A DNA stretch of 40,511 bases from an uncultured Candidatus Sumerlaeota bacterium (GCA_964389675.1 CAYMEV010000013.1:62001-102511), one strand, 5' to 3'; positions 8,851 to 19,341 are shown, numbered from the stretch's first letter. The notes: generated from the sequence alone by a model not told the origin. Numbers and translations: made by a program.

Positions 8851-9558
8851 ATGCCGAAGCTTTTTATTGCTTTAGATTTTTCGGAATATGAGAAATCAGT
8901 GAAATTAATAGATAATATTAAGCATATAAGGGGGATAGGCTTCAAGGTCGGCTTACAGCTTTTTCTTTCTGATGGCTGCCGGATTATGGAATATCTGAAT
9001 AGGAACAGGTACCCGGTTTTCCTGGATCTGAAGTTTAATGATATACCCAATACAATAGCTGGAGCTTTTAAGAGTGTAGAAAGGTACAGCCCTTTCATGA
9101 TAAATATGCATATTTCAGCAGGGCCGGCTGCAATGAATGCTGCAAGGGATGAAGTGGAGAAATGGGAGAGAAAACCACTGCTTATTGGTGTAACAGTTCT
9201 TACAAGCCTGATGAAAAGTGATCTGGAACTGATGGGGTTCCATGGCATAAAAGATATTGAAAGCCTTGCAATTTCTATGAGCAAGGCAGCATATGACAAT
9301 GGCCTGGATGGTGTGGTTACTTCAAACCATGAGGTTTCAGGCATCAAAGGAAGTATCTCTGAGAGATTCCTTACGGTTGTTCCTGGAATAAAAACAGGTA
9401 CAGCCGCGAAGGACCAGAAAAGAACAGCTACTGTGGAAGATGCAAAGCTTTCAGGAGCAGATTACATCGTTATAGGAAGGGGAATTACTCAAGCTGATAA
9501 CCCGGAAAAGGCAGTTGAAAGCATTCTTGACAGGATAGACCTGTTTTATGTCAGCTAA
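8851..9558 (+). CDS. pyrF: Orotidine-5'-phosphate decarboxylase
   Basis: IALD, GFKVG, FLDLKFNDIPNT, VTVLTS, VVPGI, DQKR, IVIGRGIT. Confidence 0.95.
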   Translation: MPKLFIALDFSEYEKSVKLIDNIKHIRGIGFKVGLQLFLSDGCRIMEYLNRNRYPVFLDLKFNDIPNTIAGAFKSVERYSPFMINMHISAGPAAMNAARDEVEKWERKPLLIGVTVLTSLMKSDLELMGFHGIKDIESLAISMSKAAYDNGLDGVVTSNHEVSGIKGSISERFLTVVPGIKTGTAAKDQKRTATVEDAKLSGADYIVIGRGITQADNPEKAVESILDRIDLFYVS

Positions 9559-10522
9559 AAAAGCAGTAATCTGCATCTTATTTTCATTCTGTCTTTTTAT
9601 TAATTCAATTTATGCCTCAGACAACCCTGAAAGCGTGAAATCAAAAAGGGACTGGATCTCCCTGATGGTAATTGAGGACAGAATCCCAGAATCATCATGC
9701 ATGCCGGATATCCGGCTTTTTGATAATATTAGGTCACTAAGGGACCAGTTTTATTCAGAGCATGGCATCAGACTTGAAATACTTTACACAGTTGCTGAGA
9801 GGGATGAAGATATAGAGCCAGCTATAATATCAAGCCTGCTGAGGTCTCAGGTGATCATTACTGAAGGCAGCAGGACCGGTAAATACCTTAGCCGGTATTC
9901 AATGGAATATCCTGATAATATTTTTCTTCATATAGGGAATTGTGAACCTGCACATAATTTGATGTGTTTTGAGGCAGATTATGAAGCTATAGCTGAATTA
10001 ATGGCCGAAATATCATGCATTGTTTCTTCCGCAGACTCAATTTTTGTATCAGGGCCGGGAAAAAAGAGTGGTGAGGAATGCATATTCCATAAAATTTTAT
10101 CTGATAAAATTATGCAATATCAAAAAAGTGCTGTTTTCAGCAGGCTCATCCATGAAGGCGGAGTCCGGGAAAAACCTGCCAAAATGGATATAGATACCTG
10201 TTTAGCATTTAATCAGGATAATGGTTATAATCTGCAGGATGAAGATATGCTTCTGATCTGCTGCAACCTGTTTGATCCTGATGCCTGCAGTCAGAATACA
10301 ATGATACTTCAGCTGGGATATTTCAGCATTATAGGTGAATATCTCCTGAAAATTGCATCAGATGAGCCTTTTTCTTCAAGCAGTATTAGTTATCAAGGGG
10401 TACTTGAAAAATCAGCTGTTTTTATTTCGCATAAAGCATATAAAAATTTAGGGGATGAAAGAAGACAAATAATGGAAAGCAAATATGGCTTTTCAATAAT
10501 CTCAGCAGGTGATGAACAATGA
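9548..10522 (+). CDS. Exported protein with weak BMP/PnrA substrate-binding resemblance
   Basis: Signal peptide. The segment YSMEYPDNIFLHIG...NLMCFEADYEAIAELMA resembles the BMP family. Overlaps both neighbours. Confidence 0.45.
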   Translation: MSAKKAVICILFSFCLFINSIYASDNPESVKSKRDWISLMVIEDRIPESSCMPDIRLFDNIRSLRDQFYSEHGIRLEILYTVAERDEDIEPAIISSLLRSQVIITEGSRTGKYLSRYSMEYPDNIFLHIGNCEPAHNLMCFEADYEAIAELMAEISCIVSSADSIFVSGPGKKSGEECIFHKILSDKIMQYQKSAVFSRLIHEGGVREKPAKMDIDTCLAFNQDNGYNLQDEDMLLICCNLFDPDACSQNTMILQLGYFSIIGEYLLKIASDEPFSSSSISYQGVLEKSAVFISHKAYKNLGDERRQIMESKYGFSIISAGDEQ

Positions 10523-11058
10523 GTGTTGAGGATTTCTTCTTTGAAATAGGGATGCTGAACAGGCTTAAAAGATCAGGCTTCAGCTTTTTGGGGAGTGGAG
10601 ATCAGTCAGTATCAGAGCACAGCTACAGGACTGCCATTATATCCTACTACCTTGCAGGAAGGCTTAAAGCAGATGTGCTGAAGGTTTTGCTGATGTCATT
10701 GTTTCATGATGTCTGTGAAGCAAGAACAGGCGACATGAACTACGTGAACAAGATATATGCAAGGACTGATGAAAAGAAGGCAGTCGATGACATGCTTGAG
10801 GACCTGCCTTTCAGGGATGAGATCAGGGCTGTTATTTATGAGTTCAATCAGAAGGAAAGCATGGAGGCAAGAATATGCATGGATGCAGACCAGCTGGAAA
10901 TGATCCTGAGCTTAAAGGAGGAACTGGATAAGGGAAACCTTTTTTCGCAAAAATGGTTCAAGCCAGTTGTAAAAAGGCTAATTCTGCCAGAATCTAGGGA
11001 AATTGCTGATATAATAATGCATAAATCTTCATATGACTGGTGGATGAAGCTTTTATGA
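10519..11058 (+). CDS. HD-domain hydrolase (YfbR-like 5'-deoxynucleotidase family)
   Basis: LKRSG, SVSEHSYR, FHDVCEARTGD, DADQLE. Confidence 0.85.
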   Translation: MSVEDFFFEIGMLNRLKRSGFSFLGSGDQSVSEHSYRTAIISYYLAGRLKADVLKVLLMSLFHDVCEARTGDMNYVNKIYARTDEKKAVDDMLEDLPFRDEIRAVIYEFNQKESMEARICMDADQLEMILSLKEELDKGNLFSQKWFKPVVKRLILPESREIADIIMHKSSYDWWMKLL

Positions 11059-12227
11059 ACAAAGCAGTCGTGGAAGAAAAGGCCGAACATTCCATTCAGC
11101 GAGGGCATCCATGGGTTTTCAGCGGAAAGGTCCTAAGCATTGAAACTAAAGAAAATAATCCGGTTGTATCCGTTTATTCAAGAGATAACAGGTTTCTTTG
11201 CAAGGCTTATTATAATCCTGATACAAGCATTGCTTTACGAGTACTGACAAGAGATAAAACGGAGATTAATAAAGACTTTTTTTATAAAAGAATATATAGA
11301 TCGCTTAACAGGAGGATATGCCTGGGGATTAACAGGCATACAGATTCTTTCCGTGTCGTGAACGGGGAATCTGACAGGCTTCCAGGATTGATCATTGATA
11401 AATACGCTGACACTATTGTTGTCCAGATACACACCCTTGGCATTGATTTTTTCAAAGGAGTTATAATTGACATTATTGATGATATTTTCAAGCCTGAGAC
11501 AATATATGAAAAAAGCGAAAACCTGTCCATCTGTACAGAGGGTCCCGGAAAGAGGAAAGGCACCCTTGCCGGAAAAATACCCGGCAGTTTTATCCTTATC
11601 AGGGAAAATGGCCTGAATTATGCGGTGGATATTGTAAATGGGCAAAAAACTGGTTTTTTCCTGGATCAAAGGGATAACAGGGCTCGCATAAGATATTTTG
11701 CAAAAAGAAGAAGGGTATTAAACCTCTTTTCCTATACATGCTCTTTCGGCCTGAATTCAATAGCGGGCGGTGCAGAGTCTGTGGTAAATGTCGATATTTC
11801 TGAATCAGCACTTGAACTGGGCTCTTATAATAATAAGCTGAATGGTTTTCCAGATGCCAGCTGCATTTTCAGGAGAAGTGATGCCTTCGAATATCTTAAA
11901 GAAGAAAAAAATTCCTATGACCTTATAATACTGGACCCTCCTGCCTTCATCAAAAGCAGAAAGGATATCAAAAGAGGCATGGCTGCCTATAAGCAGATAA
12001 ACAGCCTTGCTGTTGACAGGCTTGAAAAAAATGGTGTTTTGATGACTTCATCATGTTCCTCGCTTCTTAAAAAGGATGAATTTGAGAAATTGATCTGCAG
12101 CCTTACTGGCTATAAAGATAAAGCATTTCAAATTATCGGATATTATGGACAGCCGGCGGATCATCCCGTAATCAGCTCATTTAATGAAGGACATTATCTA
12201 AAGAGCCTTTTTTTAATGAGGATCTGA
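11055..12227 (+). CDS. rlmI: 23S rRNA m5C1962-type SAM-dependent methyltransferase
   Basis: GHPWVFS (PUA domain), GESDRLPGLIIDKY, GQKTGFFLDQRDNR, VLNLFSYT, ILDPPAF, TSSCS, ADHP...YLK. ATGA overlap with the HD gene. Confidence 0.85.
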   Translation: MNKAVVEEKAEHSIQRGHPWVFSGKVLSIETKENNPVVSVYSRDNRFLCKAYYNPDTSIALRVLTRDKTEINKDFFYKRIYRSLNRRICLGINRHTDSFRVVNGESDRLPGLIIDKYADTIVVQIHTLGIDFFKGVIIDIIDDIFKPETIYEKSENLSICTEGPGKRKGTLAGKIPGSFILIRENGLNYAVDIVNGQKTGFFLDQRDNRARIRYFAKRRRVLNLFSYTCSFGLNSIAGGAESVVNVDISESALELGSYNNKLNGFPDASCIFRRSDAFEYLKEEKNSYDLIILDPPAFIKSRKDIKRGMAAYKQINSLAVDRLEKNGVLMTSSCSSLLKKDEFEKLICSLTGYKDKAFQIIGYYGQPADHPVISSFNEGHYLKSLFLMRI

Positions 12228-12340
12228 AGTAATTTCAGGGGCTGCTTGCTTACAATTATAGTTGACTTTATTGCTGGTTTTAATAATCTTTACTATGTTG
12301 GAATTTCTAGTATTCATATAAATTAGAGGGGTGATGGATT

Positions 12341-12964
12341 ATGAAAGATCTAAAACAGCTAATATGTGAGTTCAAGAAGGATAGTTTTATCTTTAAGCAG
12401 GGAGATGAAGGCGACTGTATGTACGTTATACAGGAAGGCGCTGTCCTTATAAAAAGGGAGATCGCAGGCAAGCAGAAAGAACTGGAGGTACTGCGCAAGG
12501 GGCAGTTCTTTGGTGAGATTTCTGTGATAATCGATAAGCCCAGAAGTGCATCTGCATATGTTCTTGAAGACAGCAAGCTGCTTAAAGTGACAAAGGATGA
12601 TCTCGAGCTTATTTTCAATAATAGGAGTGATATAGCGAAGAAGCTTTTTATAGGCTTATCAGAAAGGCTCAGCAGGGCAAATAAGCAGATTGACCTTCTT
12701 TTAACTGCGGATCCATCCAAAAGGATACTGGGAGGCCTTATGCTGCACTGCAGCATGTATATAGCCTACAGGGTAGGAAATACTCTGAAGCTGAACATAA
12801 CCGTGGATGAATTTGCATTTGAACTGGGAGTTGAGCCAAAGGAAGTAGAGAATTTAATGAAAGACCTTAAAACTGAAAAAATTGCTGAAATTAAGGATGA
12901 TTCAATAGTTATAAAGGATTTAAAAAAACTGAAACATTATTTTGAATATTTCAAGAAGTTCTGA
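12341..12964 (+). CDS. Crp/Fnr family cyclic-nucleotide-binding protein
   Basis: IFKQGDEGDCMYVIQEG, phosphate-binding cassette FFGEISVIIDKPRSASA, and a C-terminal wHTH-like region. Confidence 0.85.
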   Translation: MKDLKQLICEFKKDSFIFKQGDEGDCMYVIQEGAVLIKREIAGKQKELEVLRKGQFFGEISVIIDKPRSASAYVLEDSKLLKVTKDDLELIFNNRSDIAKKLFIGLSERLSRANKQIDLLLTADPSKRILGGLMLHCSMYIAYRVGNTLKLNITVDEFAFELGVEPKEVENLMKDLKTEKIAEIKDDSIVIKDLKKLKHYFEYFKKF

Positions 12965-12977
12965 TTTTATTCTTGTT

Positions 12978-15398
12978 ATGAAAAAAGCCCTGATACTGAT
13001 TTTTTTATTCCTTTTTCTTTCTTCAGCTTTTGAAGCTCAGGAGAAAAAAAAGAAGGATGTCCTTATAATGACGGACACTACGGAAACTGAGGAAACTGGC
13101 TCAGAAAATCTGCCTGGAGGTGAAAGTGAAGGACAGGATGCTGAGGATACTGATCAAAAAAAGGAAATAGACCTGACACAGATGCATATCAGAGCAGGAT
13201 ACTATGATTATGTGAATGAAGACCTTCTTATCCTGAAAAACAATGTTGAGATAAAATACCAGAGCATAGAGCTTTATTCTGACAGGCTTGAATTCTACAG
13301 GGAAAGCCTTTTGCTGATTGCCGAGGGGAATGTTTATTTTAAGCAGGAAAATGATTATATAAGCGCATCAAAAATGGAACTGAACCTTTCAAGCAATACG
13401 GGCATTATATATGATGCAGACGGTTATATCTCTGAAGCCTTTTATATCAAAGGTGATAAGATCGTTAAACATACAGACCGGGAATATGAGTATGAGGATA
13501 CAGAGCTTTCATCATGCAGCGATGATCACAGGCTCTGGTTTTTTTCGTCCTCATCCGGGATCATTACCAGGGAAGAATATGCAAAGCTGAAAAATGTTGT
13601 TCTCTGGTTTGGCAGGATACCTGTATTTTACCTGCCGTACCTTGTCTATCCTGTGAAATCCGAAAGGTCAACCGGGTTTCTGATCCCGGCTGCCGGATAC
13701 AGTGCAAATAGAGGATTCTATATAAAAAACAGCTTTTTCTGGGCAATATCTGACTATGTTGATTCTACTGTAACATTTGATTATTATACAAAATTCGGAT
13801 ATAAAACATCGCTTGAATTCAGATATGTTCTCGGAGAAGGCCAGGCAGGGACATTCATAGGTATGTACAGCAAGGAATATGAGAATATATTCGGGGATGT
13901 AACAGATGATCCCATTAACAAATACAGCATTAATTATCTTCACAGGCACTATATAAACCGGAATCTGAATGCCCTTCTGAAAATTGAATACATAAACATT
14001 GACAATTATTATAACCTGTATGGATGGGATACAAACTACAGCACCAAAAATCAGGTGAATTCCTTTCTGTCATTTTCCTATAATACGGATATTCCAAGAG
14101 GCAATCTTCTGCTTCTTTTTGATATCAGGAAAGACCTTAGAGAAGAGAAGGGTGCAGAATTATCCAAATTGCCCGAGCTCAGGTATACTGCAATGAGAAC
14201 CAAAATACTGGGTGATTTATATCTTGGCTTCGATGCATCTTTGACAAATTTCCGATACCGCACAGGAATGTACAATATTGAGGAACAGACATTTAAGTAT
14301 ATCTACAGGAATGATAGAGCAATGAGGGCAAGATCTAATGCAGATATATCTTACCCGATAAAAATATCAACGTTTATGACTGTTACTCCAACAGTAAGTG
14401 TTCATGGTTCCTACTATACAAGAACTCTCGATATATACGATGAAAACAATAATTATTTTAACAATGACCTTATAGACAGAGGGGAATTCGTATATAACTA
14501 TAATACATCAGTTGCAAGCGAAGGGCCCAAGTTTTACAAGGTATTCGTACTTGAGAATGAAAGCAAAATCATGCATATAATATACCCGGTTTTTGAATAC
14601 CATTACAGGCCATACTCTGATTACAGAAGGATTCCAAGTATAGACGGGTATGATATATTAGCTCCAAGCAATTATTATAAGTACGGTATTACTCAGAAAT
14701 TCCTGTATAAGCCAAAATCACCGGAAAAGGGAAAAGAAAATGAACAGAAGGCTAAAGGTGGCAAATCACAGACAAGGGAGATAGCCTCTATCAGCATCTA
14801 CCAGAATTATGACAGGTTCAAGAAAGAGCTTCTGCCGTACTCCCTTTTTGATCCTGCAAGAAGGACAGAAAAGCCAAAGTCAGATTATTATTTTGATGCC
14901 AATATATATCCCACGGACTATTTTCATCTGAAACTGATGGTAAGATATGACCCATACTATGAAGAATTCCGCTCTTATGATCTGGATTTCGGATTTAACA
15001 GCTCATGGCTTAAATCAACACTAAACTATTCTCATTATGTAGTAATGCGGGATATCCCGGATATGACAAACTTTGAGAATACGTTTTATAACAGGTCCAA
15101 CAGATATATATCAACCAATACCAGCATAAAGATCAAGGATCTCATAGGGCTGGGCTTTTCATTGAGTTATGATATAGAAAGGGAAGAACTAAGAAACGGA
15201 TTATTCCGGGTGGCATATCTTCATCCCTGTTTCAGCGTTCAGGTATCAGCGATAAAGGAGATTAATTACAGGTATTATACAGATAATGTGGAGGACTGGA
15301 GATTCGAATTCAGTTTCCTTTTCCTGAACATTGGCTCTGTGGGTTCCTCTGATGTCCCTAACGATTTTGTCGAAGAATGGGGAGCGAGAAACTACTGA
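12978..15398 (+). CDS. lptD: LPS-assembly outer membrane protein LptD
   Basis: Signal peptide, OstA-like N-domain, IPVFYLPYLVYPVKSERSTGFLIP, FFWAIS, a Tyr-rich barrel and C-terminal YLHPCFSV. Confidence 0.85.
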   Translation: MKKALILIFLFLFLSSAFEAQEKKKKDVLIMTDTTETEETGSENLPGGESEGQDAEDTDQKKEIDLTQMHIRAGYYDYVNEDLLILKNNVEIKYQSIELYSDRLEFYRESLLLIAEGNVYFKQENDYISASKMELNLSSNTGIIYDADGYISEAFYIKGDKIVKHTDREYEYEDTELSSCSDDHRLWFFSSSSGIITREEYAKLKNVVLWFGRIPVFYLPYLVYPVKSERSTGFLIPAAGYSANRGFYIKNSFFWAISDYVDSTVTFDYYTKFGYKTSLEFRYVLGEGQAGTFIGMYSKEYENIFGDVTDDPINKYSINYLHRHYINRNLNALLKIEYINIDNYYNLYGWDTNYSTKNQVNSFLSFSYNTDIPRGNLLLLFDIRKDLREEKGAELSKLPELRYTAMRTKILGDLYLGFDASLTNFRYRTGMYNIEEQTFKYIYRNDRAMRARSNADISYPIKISTFMTVTPTVSVHGSYYTRTLDIYDENNNYFNNDLIDRGEFVYNYNTSVASEGPKFYKVFVLENESKIMHIIYPVFEYHYRPYSDYRRIPSIDGYDILAPSNYYKYGITQKFLYKPKSPEKGKENEQKAKGGKSQTREIASISIYQNYDRFKKELLPYSLFDPARRTEKPKSDYYFDANIYPTDYFHLKLMVRYDPYYEEFRSYDLDFGFNSSWLKSTLNYSHYVVMRDIPDMTNFENTFYNRSNRYISTNTSIKIKDLIGLGFSLSYDIEREELRNGLFRVAYLHPCFSVQVSAIKEINYRYYTDNVEDWRFEFSFLFLNIGSVGSSDVPNDFVEEWGARNY

Positions 15399-15434
15399 GC
15401 CGATAATTATAATTTACAAGAAAGGAGTTATGAT

Positions 15435-16496
15435 TTGAAGGGTCTTATATTGTCAGGAGGTACAGGGAGCCGCCTCAGGCCTATTACATATACCCGTGCC
15501 AAGCAGTTAGTACCCGTGGGTAATGTTCCTATAATCCATTTTGGGATCAATGCAATAAGGGATGCTGGCATAACTGATATAGGCATTGTGGTGGGAGATA
15601 CCAGGAATGAGATCATGGAAAGCCTCGAAGACGGTTCAAAATTTGGTGTTAAATTTACCTATATATACCAGGAAAGGCCGCTTGGCCTTGCTCATGCGGT
15701 GAAAGTATCAAGAGATTTTCTCGGAGATGACCCATTTGTCATGTACCTTGGTGATAACCTTATTCTCTCTGGAATCAATTCACTGGTTGAGGAATTTCAA
15801 AGGGCAGAGCCTGATGCCCTTCTGCTGTTGTCGCGCGTCAAGGACCCGCAGAGGTTCGGTGTTGCAGAACTTTCCGGAAGCAGGATAATCAGCCTGGAGG
15901 AGAAGCCGGAGCACCCCAGAAGCGACCTTGCGCTTGTTGGAGTGTATATGTTTAATAACAGGATATTTAATGCAATTGATAATATCAAGCCTTCAGCGAG
16001 GAATGAGCTTGAAATTACAGATGCGATACAATACCTTATTAACAATAACAGCTCTGTTCTCTCACATACTGTAAGCGGATGGTGGAAAGATACAGGCAAG
16101 CTCCAGGATATGCTTGAGGCAAACAGGATGTATCTTGATACAATTAAAACAAAAATCGAAGGCGAGGTTATTGAAAGCAAGGTGGAGCACAGGGTTGTCC
16201 TGGGGCAGGGCAGTATTGTTAAAGATTCAACAATCAGGGGGCCTGTCGTTATAGGAAACAACTGCCATATCGAAGACAGCTTTATTGGCCCATTCACATC
16301 AGTGGGAGATAATGTCAGGATAATCAACTCTGAGATCGAAAACTCTATAATTATGGAGCAGTGCAGGATAATTGATATAGAATCGTCTATAACAGACAGC
16401 CTTTTAGGCAAAATGGCTCAGGTAATCAGGACAAAGGATAAGCCGAAGAGACACAGGCTTATGGTCGGAGAGATGTCCTGTATCGAAATATTTTAA
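15435..16496 (+). CDS. rmlA: Glucose-1-phosphate thymidylyltransferase (long form)
   Basis: GLILSGGTGSRLRPIT..KQLVPV, YLGDN, EEKP, WWKDTG, and a C-terminal beta-helix. Confidence 0.92.
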   Translation: MKGLILSGGTGSRLRPITYTRAKQLVPVGNVPIIHFGINAIRDAGITDIGIVVGDTRNEIMESLEDGSKFGVKFTYIYQERPLGLAHAVKVSRDFLGDDPFVMYLGDNLILSGINSLVEEFQRAEPDALLLLSRVKDPQRFGVAELSGSRIISLEEKPEHPRSDLALVGVYMFNNRIFNAIDNIKPSARNELEITDAIQYLINNNSSVLSHTVSGWWKDTGKLQDMLEANRMYLDTIKTKIEGEVIESKVEHRVVLGQGSIVKDSTIRGPVVIGNNCHIEDSFIGPFTSVGDNVRIINSEIENSIIMEQCRIIDIESSITDSLLGKMAQVIRTKDKPKRHRLMVGEMSCIEIF

Positions 16497-16514
16497 ATCC
16501 AGGAGGGTAAATTT

Positions 16515-17537
16515 GTGAAAAATATACTTGTTACAGGCGGAGCCGGTTTTATTGGTTCTAATTTTATCCACTATCTTATAAATAATTTTGATAATGTTAA
16601 TATTCTTAATATGGATAAACTGACCTATGCAGGAAACCTGGAGAACCTTATAAATCTGGAGAACTGCCAGAGATACAGGTTTGTAAAGGGAGACATATGC
16701 GACAGGGAAATGGTGGACAAAATTGTCAGGGATATGGATTACATCGTCAACTTTGCTGCTGAGACGCATGTTGACAGATCAATATTTGATGCTGGCACAT
16801 TCATAAACACAGATGTTTATGGGACCTTTATACTGCTTGAATCAGTCAAAAGGCATAAGATCAAAAAATTTATCCAGATATCGACTGATGAGGTGTATGG
16901 AGAAGCATTCAATGGCAGGCCCAGCATAGAGGATGACCCCTTATATCCAAAAAGCCCGTATGCAGCTTCAAAAGCAGGTGCAGACAGGCTTACCTTCAGC
17001 TATTTTTCAACCTATAACCTGCCAGTTATTATAACAAGATGCTCAAACAATTTTGGCAGGTTTCAGTACCCGGAAAAGCTGATACCCTTATTTGTTACAA
17101 ATGCTCTGGAGGATAAGCCGATGCCAATTTACGGGAACGGCCTGAATACACGTGACTGGATATTCGTTGATGACCACTGTGATGCAATATCCAGGATATT
17201 GTTTGAATCCGATGACTATGGAGAAGCATTTAACATTGGAGCCTCAACAGAAAAAAGCATTATTGAGATAGCAGATATAATACTTGATGAGCTTGATAAG
17301 CCATCAGAACTGAAGGTATTTGTACCTGACAGGCTGGGCCATGTAAAACGGCACGCGGTTGATACTGAAAAGATAAACAGGATGCTTGGCTGGAAAGCAA
17401 AATCGGATTTTGAAAGCTCATTAAGAGCTACAATACAATGGTATAAGGAAAATGAGAGCTGGTGGAAAAGCATAAAGATGAAATCTGCAGATTACCGGAC
17501 ATACTATACTAAACAATATGGGGAGAGGCTGAAATGA
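16515..17537 (+). CDS. rmlB: dTDP-glucose 4,6-dehydratase
   Basis: TGGAGFIGSNF, DKLTYAGN, AAETHVDRSI, STDEVYG, YAASKA. Confidence 0.95.
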   Translation: MKNILVTGGAGFIGSNFIHYLINNFDNVNILNMDKLTYAGNLENLINLENCQRYRFVKGDICDREMVDKIVRDMDYIVNFAAETHVDRSIFDAGTFINTDVYGTFILLESVKRHKIKKFIQISTDEVYGEAFNGRPSIEDDPLYPKSPYAASKAGADRLTFSYFSTYNLPVIITRCSNNFGRFQYPEKLIPLFVTNALEDKPMPIYGNGLNTRDWIFVDDHCDAISRILFESDDYGEAFNIGASTEKSIIEIADIILDELDKPSELKVFVPDRLGHVKRHAVDTEKINRMLGWKAKSDFESSLRATIQWYKENESWWKSIKMKSADYRTYYTKQYGERLK

Positions 17538-18382
17538 AAAGGGTTCTGATCACCGGCAGCAAAGGGATGCTGGGAAATGCGCTATGGCTTTCAGCCCCTG
17601 ATAGAAACGATGTATTTCTCGTCGATATAGAAGAGATGGATATCAGAGATATTGAATCTATCAAAAGAATATTCTATACAGTAAGGCCTGAATATGTAAT
17701 ACATACTGCTGCCTATACAATGGTCGATAAAGCTGAAGATAACAGGGAATACGCTCTGCAGATCAACAAATACGGAACATCAAATCTTGCCCTGGTATGC
17801 AGGGAATTCAATACATATATGATCTATATAAGCACAGATTATGTTTTTAACGGAGAAAAAGAAACACCCTACAATGAAACAGATACTGTTGATCCCAGAA
17901 GCGTTTACGGCATGTCTAAACTGGAAGGCGAAAGGGAAGTGGAGAATATACTTAAGGATTATTCAATTATAAGGACAAGCTGGCTTTATGGCCCATTCGG
18001 CAAGCATTTTGTCCAGACCATGCTCAGGCTTGCAGAGACGAGAAAGGTTATTTCTGTTGTCTCAGACCAGTTCGGAGCCCCAACATATACCCTGGACCTT
18101 GCAAGAGCTATATATATGCTTATATATTTCCCTTTGGTCAGAGAAAGGATATATCATTTTTCAAACTTCGGATATACAAACTGGGCACTATTTGCAAAAG
18201 AAATATTTGCCATTACAGATCAGCATGTAGAAGTGGAGGAGATACCGGCAGCCAGGTTTGCATCAAAGGTCCAGAGGCCTAAGAACAGCAGATTTGATCT
18301 TTCCAGATTCATAGGTTCGACCGGGTTTATGCCAAGAAGATGGGAAGATGCGCTTAAAGATTATCTGATGACTTATATTTGA
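17534..18382 (+). CDS. rmlD: dTDP-4-dehydrorhamnose reductase
   Basis: TGSKGMLG, AAYTMVDKAE, STDYVFNG, YGMSKLEGE, DQFGAPT, RPKNS. Confidence 0.95.
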   Translation: MKRVLITGSKGMLGNALWLSAPDRNDVFLVDIEEMDIRDIESIKRIFYTVRPEYVIHTAAYTMVDKAEDNREYALQINKYGTSNLALVCREFNTYMIYISTDYVFNGEKETPYNETDTVDPRSVYGMSKLEGEREVENILKDYSIIRTSWLYGPFGKHFVQTMLRLAETRKVISVVSDQFGAPTYTLDLARAIYMLIYFPLVRERIYHFSNFGYTNWALFAKEIFAITDQHVEVEEIPAARFASKVQRPKNSRFDLSRFIGSTGFMPRRWEDALKDYLMTYI

Positions 18383-18386
18383 TAAT

Positions 18387-18599
18387 ATGTTCAGCCAGAT
18401 CGGAACAACAGAATTAATTGTAGTAATTATTATTGCCCTTATAGTGCTTGGCCCAAAGCAGATACCAGTAATAATGAAAAAAGCAGGCAAGATCTACAGG
18501 GAGCTTAATATGCTTAAAAAAAGCCTAATGGATAATATTAACAGCCTTGATAGGGATGATGAAGACCATGAACCTGAAAAAGACAAAAAAGATGAATGA
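18387..18599 (+). CDS. tatB: Twin-arginine translocase TatA/TatB family subunit (TatB-like TM)
   Basis: IGTTELIVVIIIALIVLGPKQIP, then an amphipathic helix and acidic tail; overlaps tatC. Confidence 0.8.
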   Translation: MFSQIGTTELIVVIIIALIVLGPKQIPVIMKKAGKIYRELNMLKKSLMDNINSLDRDDEDHEPEKDKKDE

Positions 18600-19341
18600 T
18601 GGGAAAACCAGTGAATCTGAAAGCCTTTCCGAGATGGACCTGCTTTCACATCTTAATGAACTGAGATCCAGGCTTATCAGATGTATTATATACCTCTTTG
18701 CGGGCATGCTGGCAAGCTATGTATTTAAGGAGAGGGTTCTGGATATAGTCATATATCCAATACTGAAACTCAACCCCGGCATCAGGGAGAACCTGGTCTT
18801 TATTTCACCTGCAGAAGGCTTTCTTGCATTCATAAGGCTATCTGTATATTCAGGGCTGCTGATCGTAATGCCCCTTGTTTTTTATGAGTTATGGCAGTTT
18901 GTAAAACCAGGTTTATATAAAAGAGAGAGGAATATATCTTTCAGTTTCTTCATGATAAGCCTCCTGCTTTTTTACGCAGGACTGATGATTGCCTACCTTC
19001 TCGTCATCCCCTATGGTTTTAATTTTCTTCTGGGTTTTGCCGGTGATCAGATGACACCAATGATAAGCATAAGAGAGTTTGTGATCTTTATCTTCAAGGT
19101 GCTTATATTATTCGGAATTATCTTTGAAACACCTCTCGTACTGTTTATTATGTCACTTTTCGGCATAATCAACAGCAAAATGCTTTCAAAATTCAGGAGG
19201 TATATAATAATACTCATATTTATAGCAGCTGCAATGCTGACCCCCCCTGATCCGGTGACACAAATTCTTCTTGCAATTCCCCTTGTTATACTATATGAGA
19301 TATCTATCATAGTTATTAAAATAGGAGAAAAGAAGAATTAA
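18592..19341 (+). CDS. tatC: Twin-arginine translocase subunit TatC
   Basis: HLNELRSRL, SPAEGF, WQFVKPGLYKRER, FETP, RRY, AAMLTPPD, LYEISI. Confidence 0.95.
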   Translation: MNDGKTSESESLSEMDLLSHLNELRSRLIRCIIYLFAGMLASYVFKERVLDIVIYPILKLNPGIRENLVFISPAEGFLAFIRLSVYSGLLIVMPLVFYELWQFVKPGLYKRERNISFSFFMISLLLFYAGLMIAYLLVIPYGFNFLLGFAGDQMTPMISIREFVIFIFKVLILFGIIFETPLVLFIMSLFGIINSKMLSKFRRYIIILIFIAAAMLTPPDPVTQILLAIPLVILYEISIIVIKIGEKKN

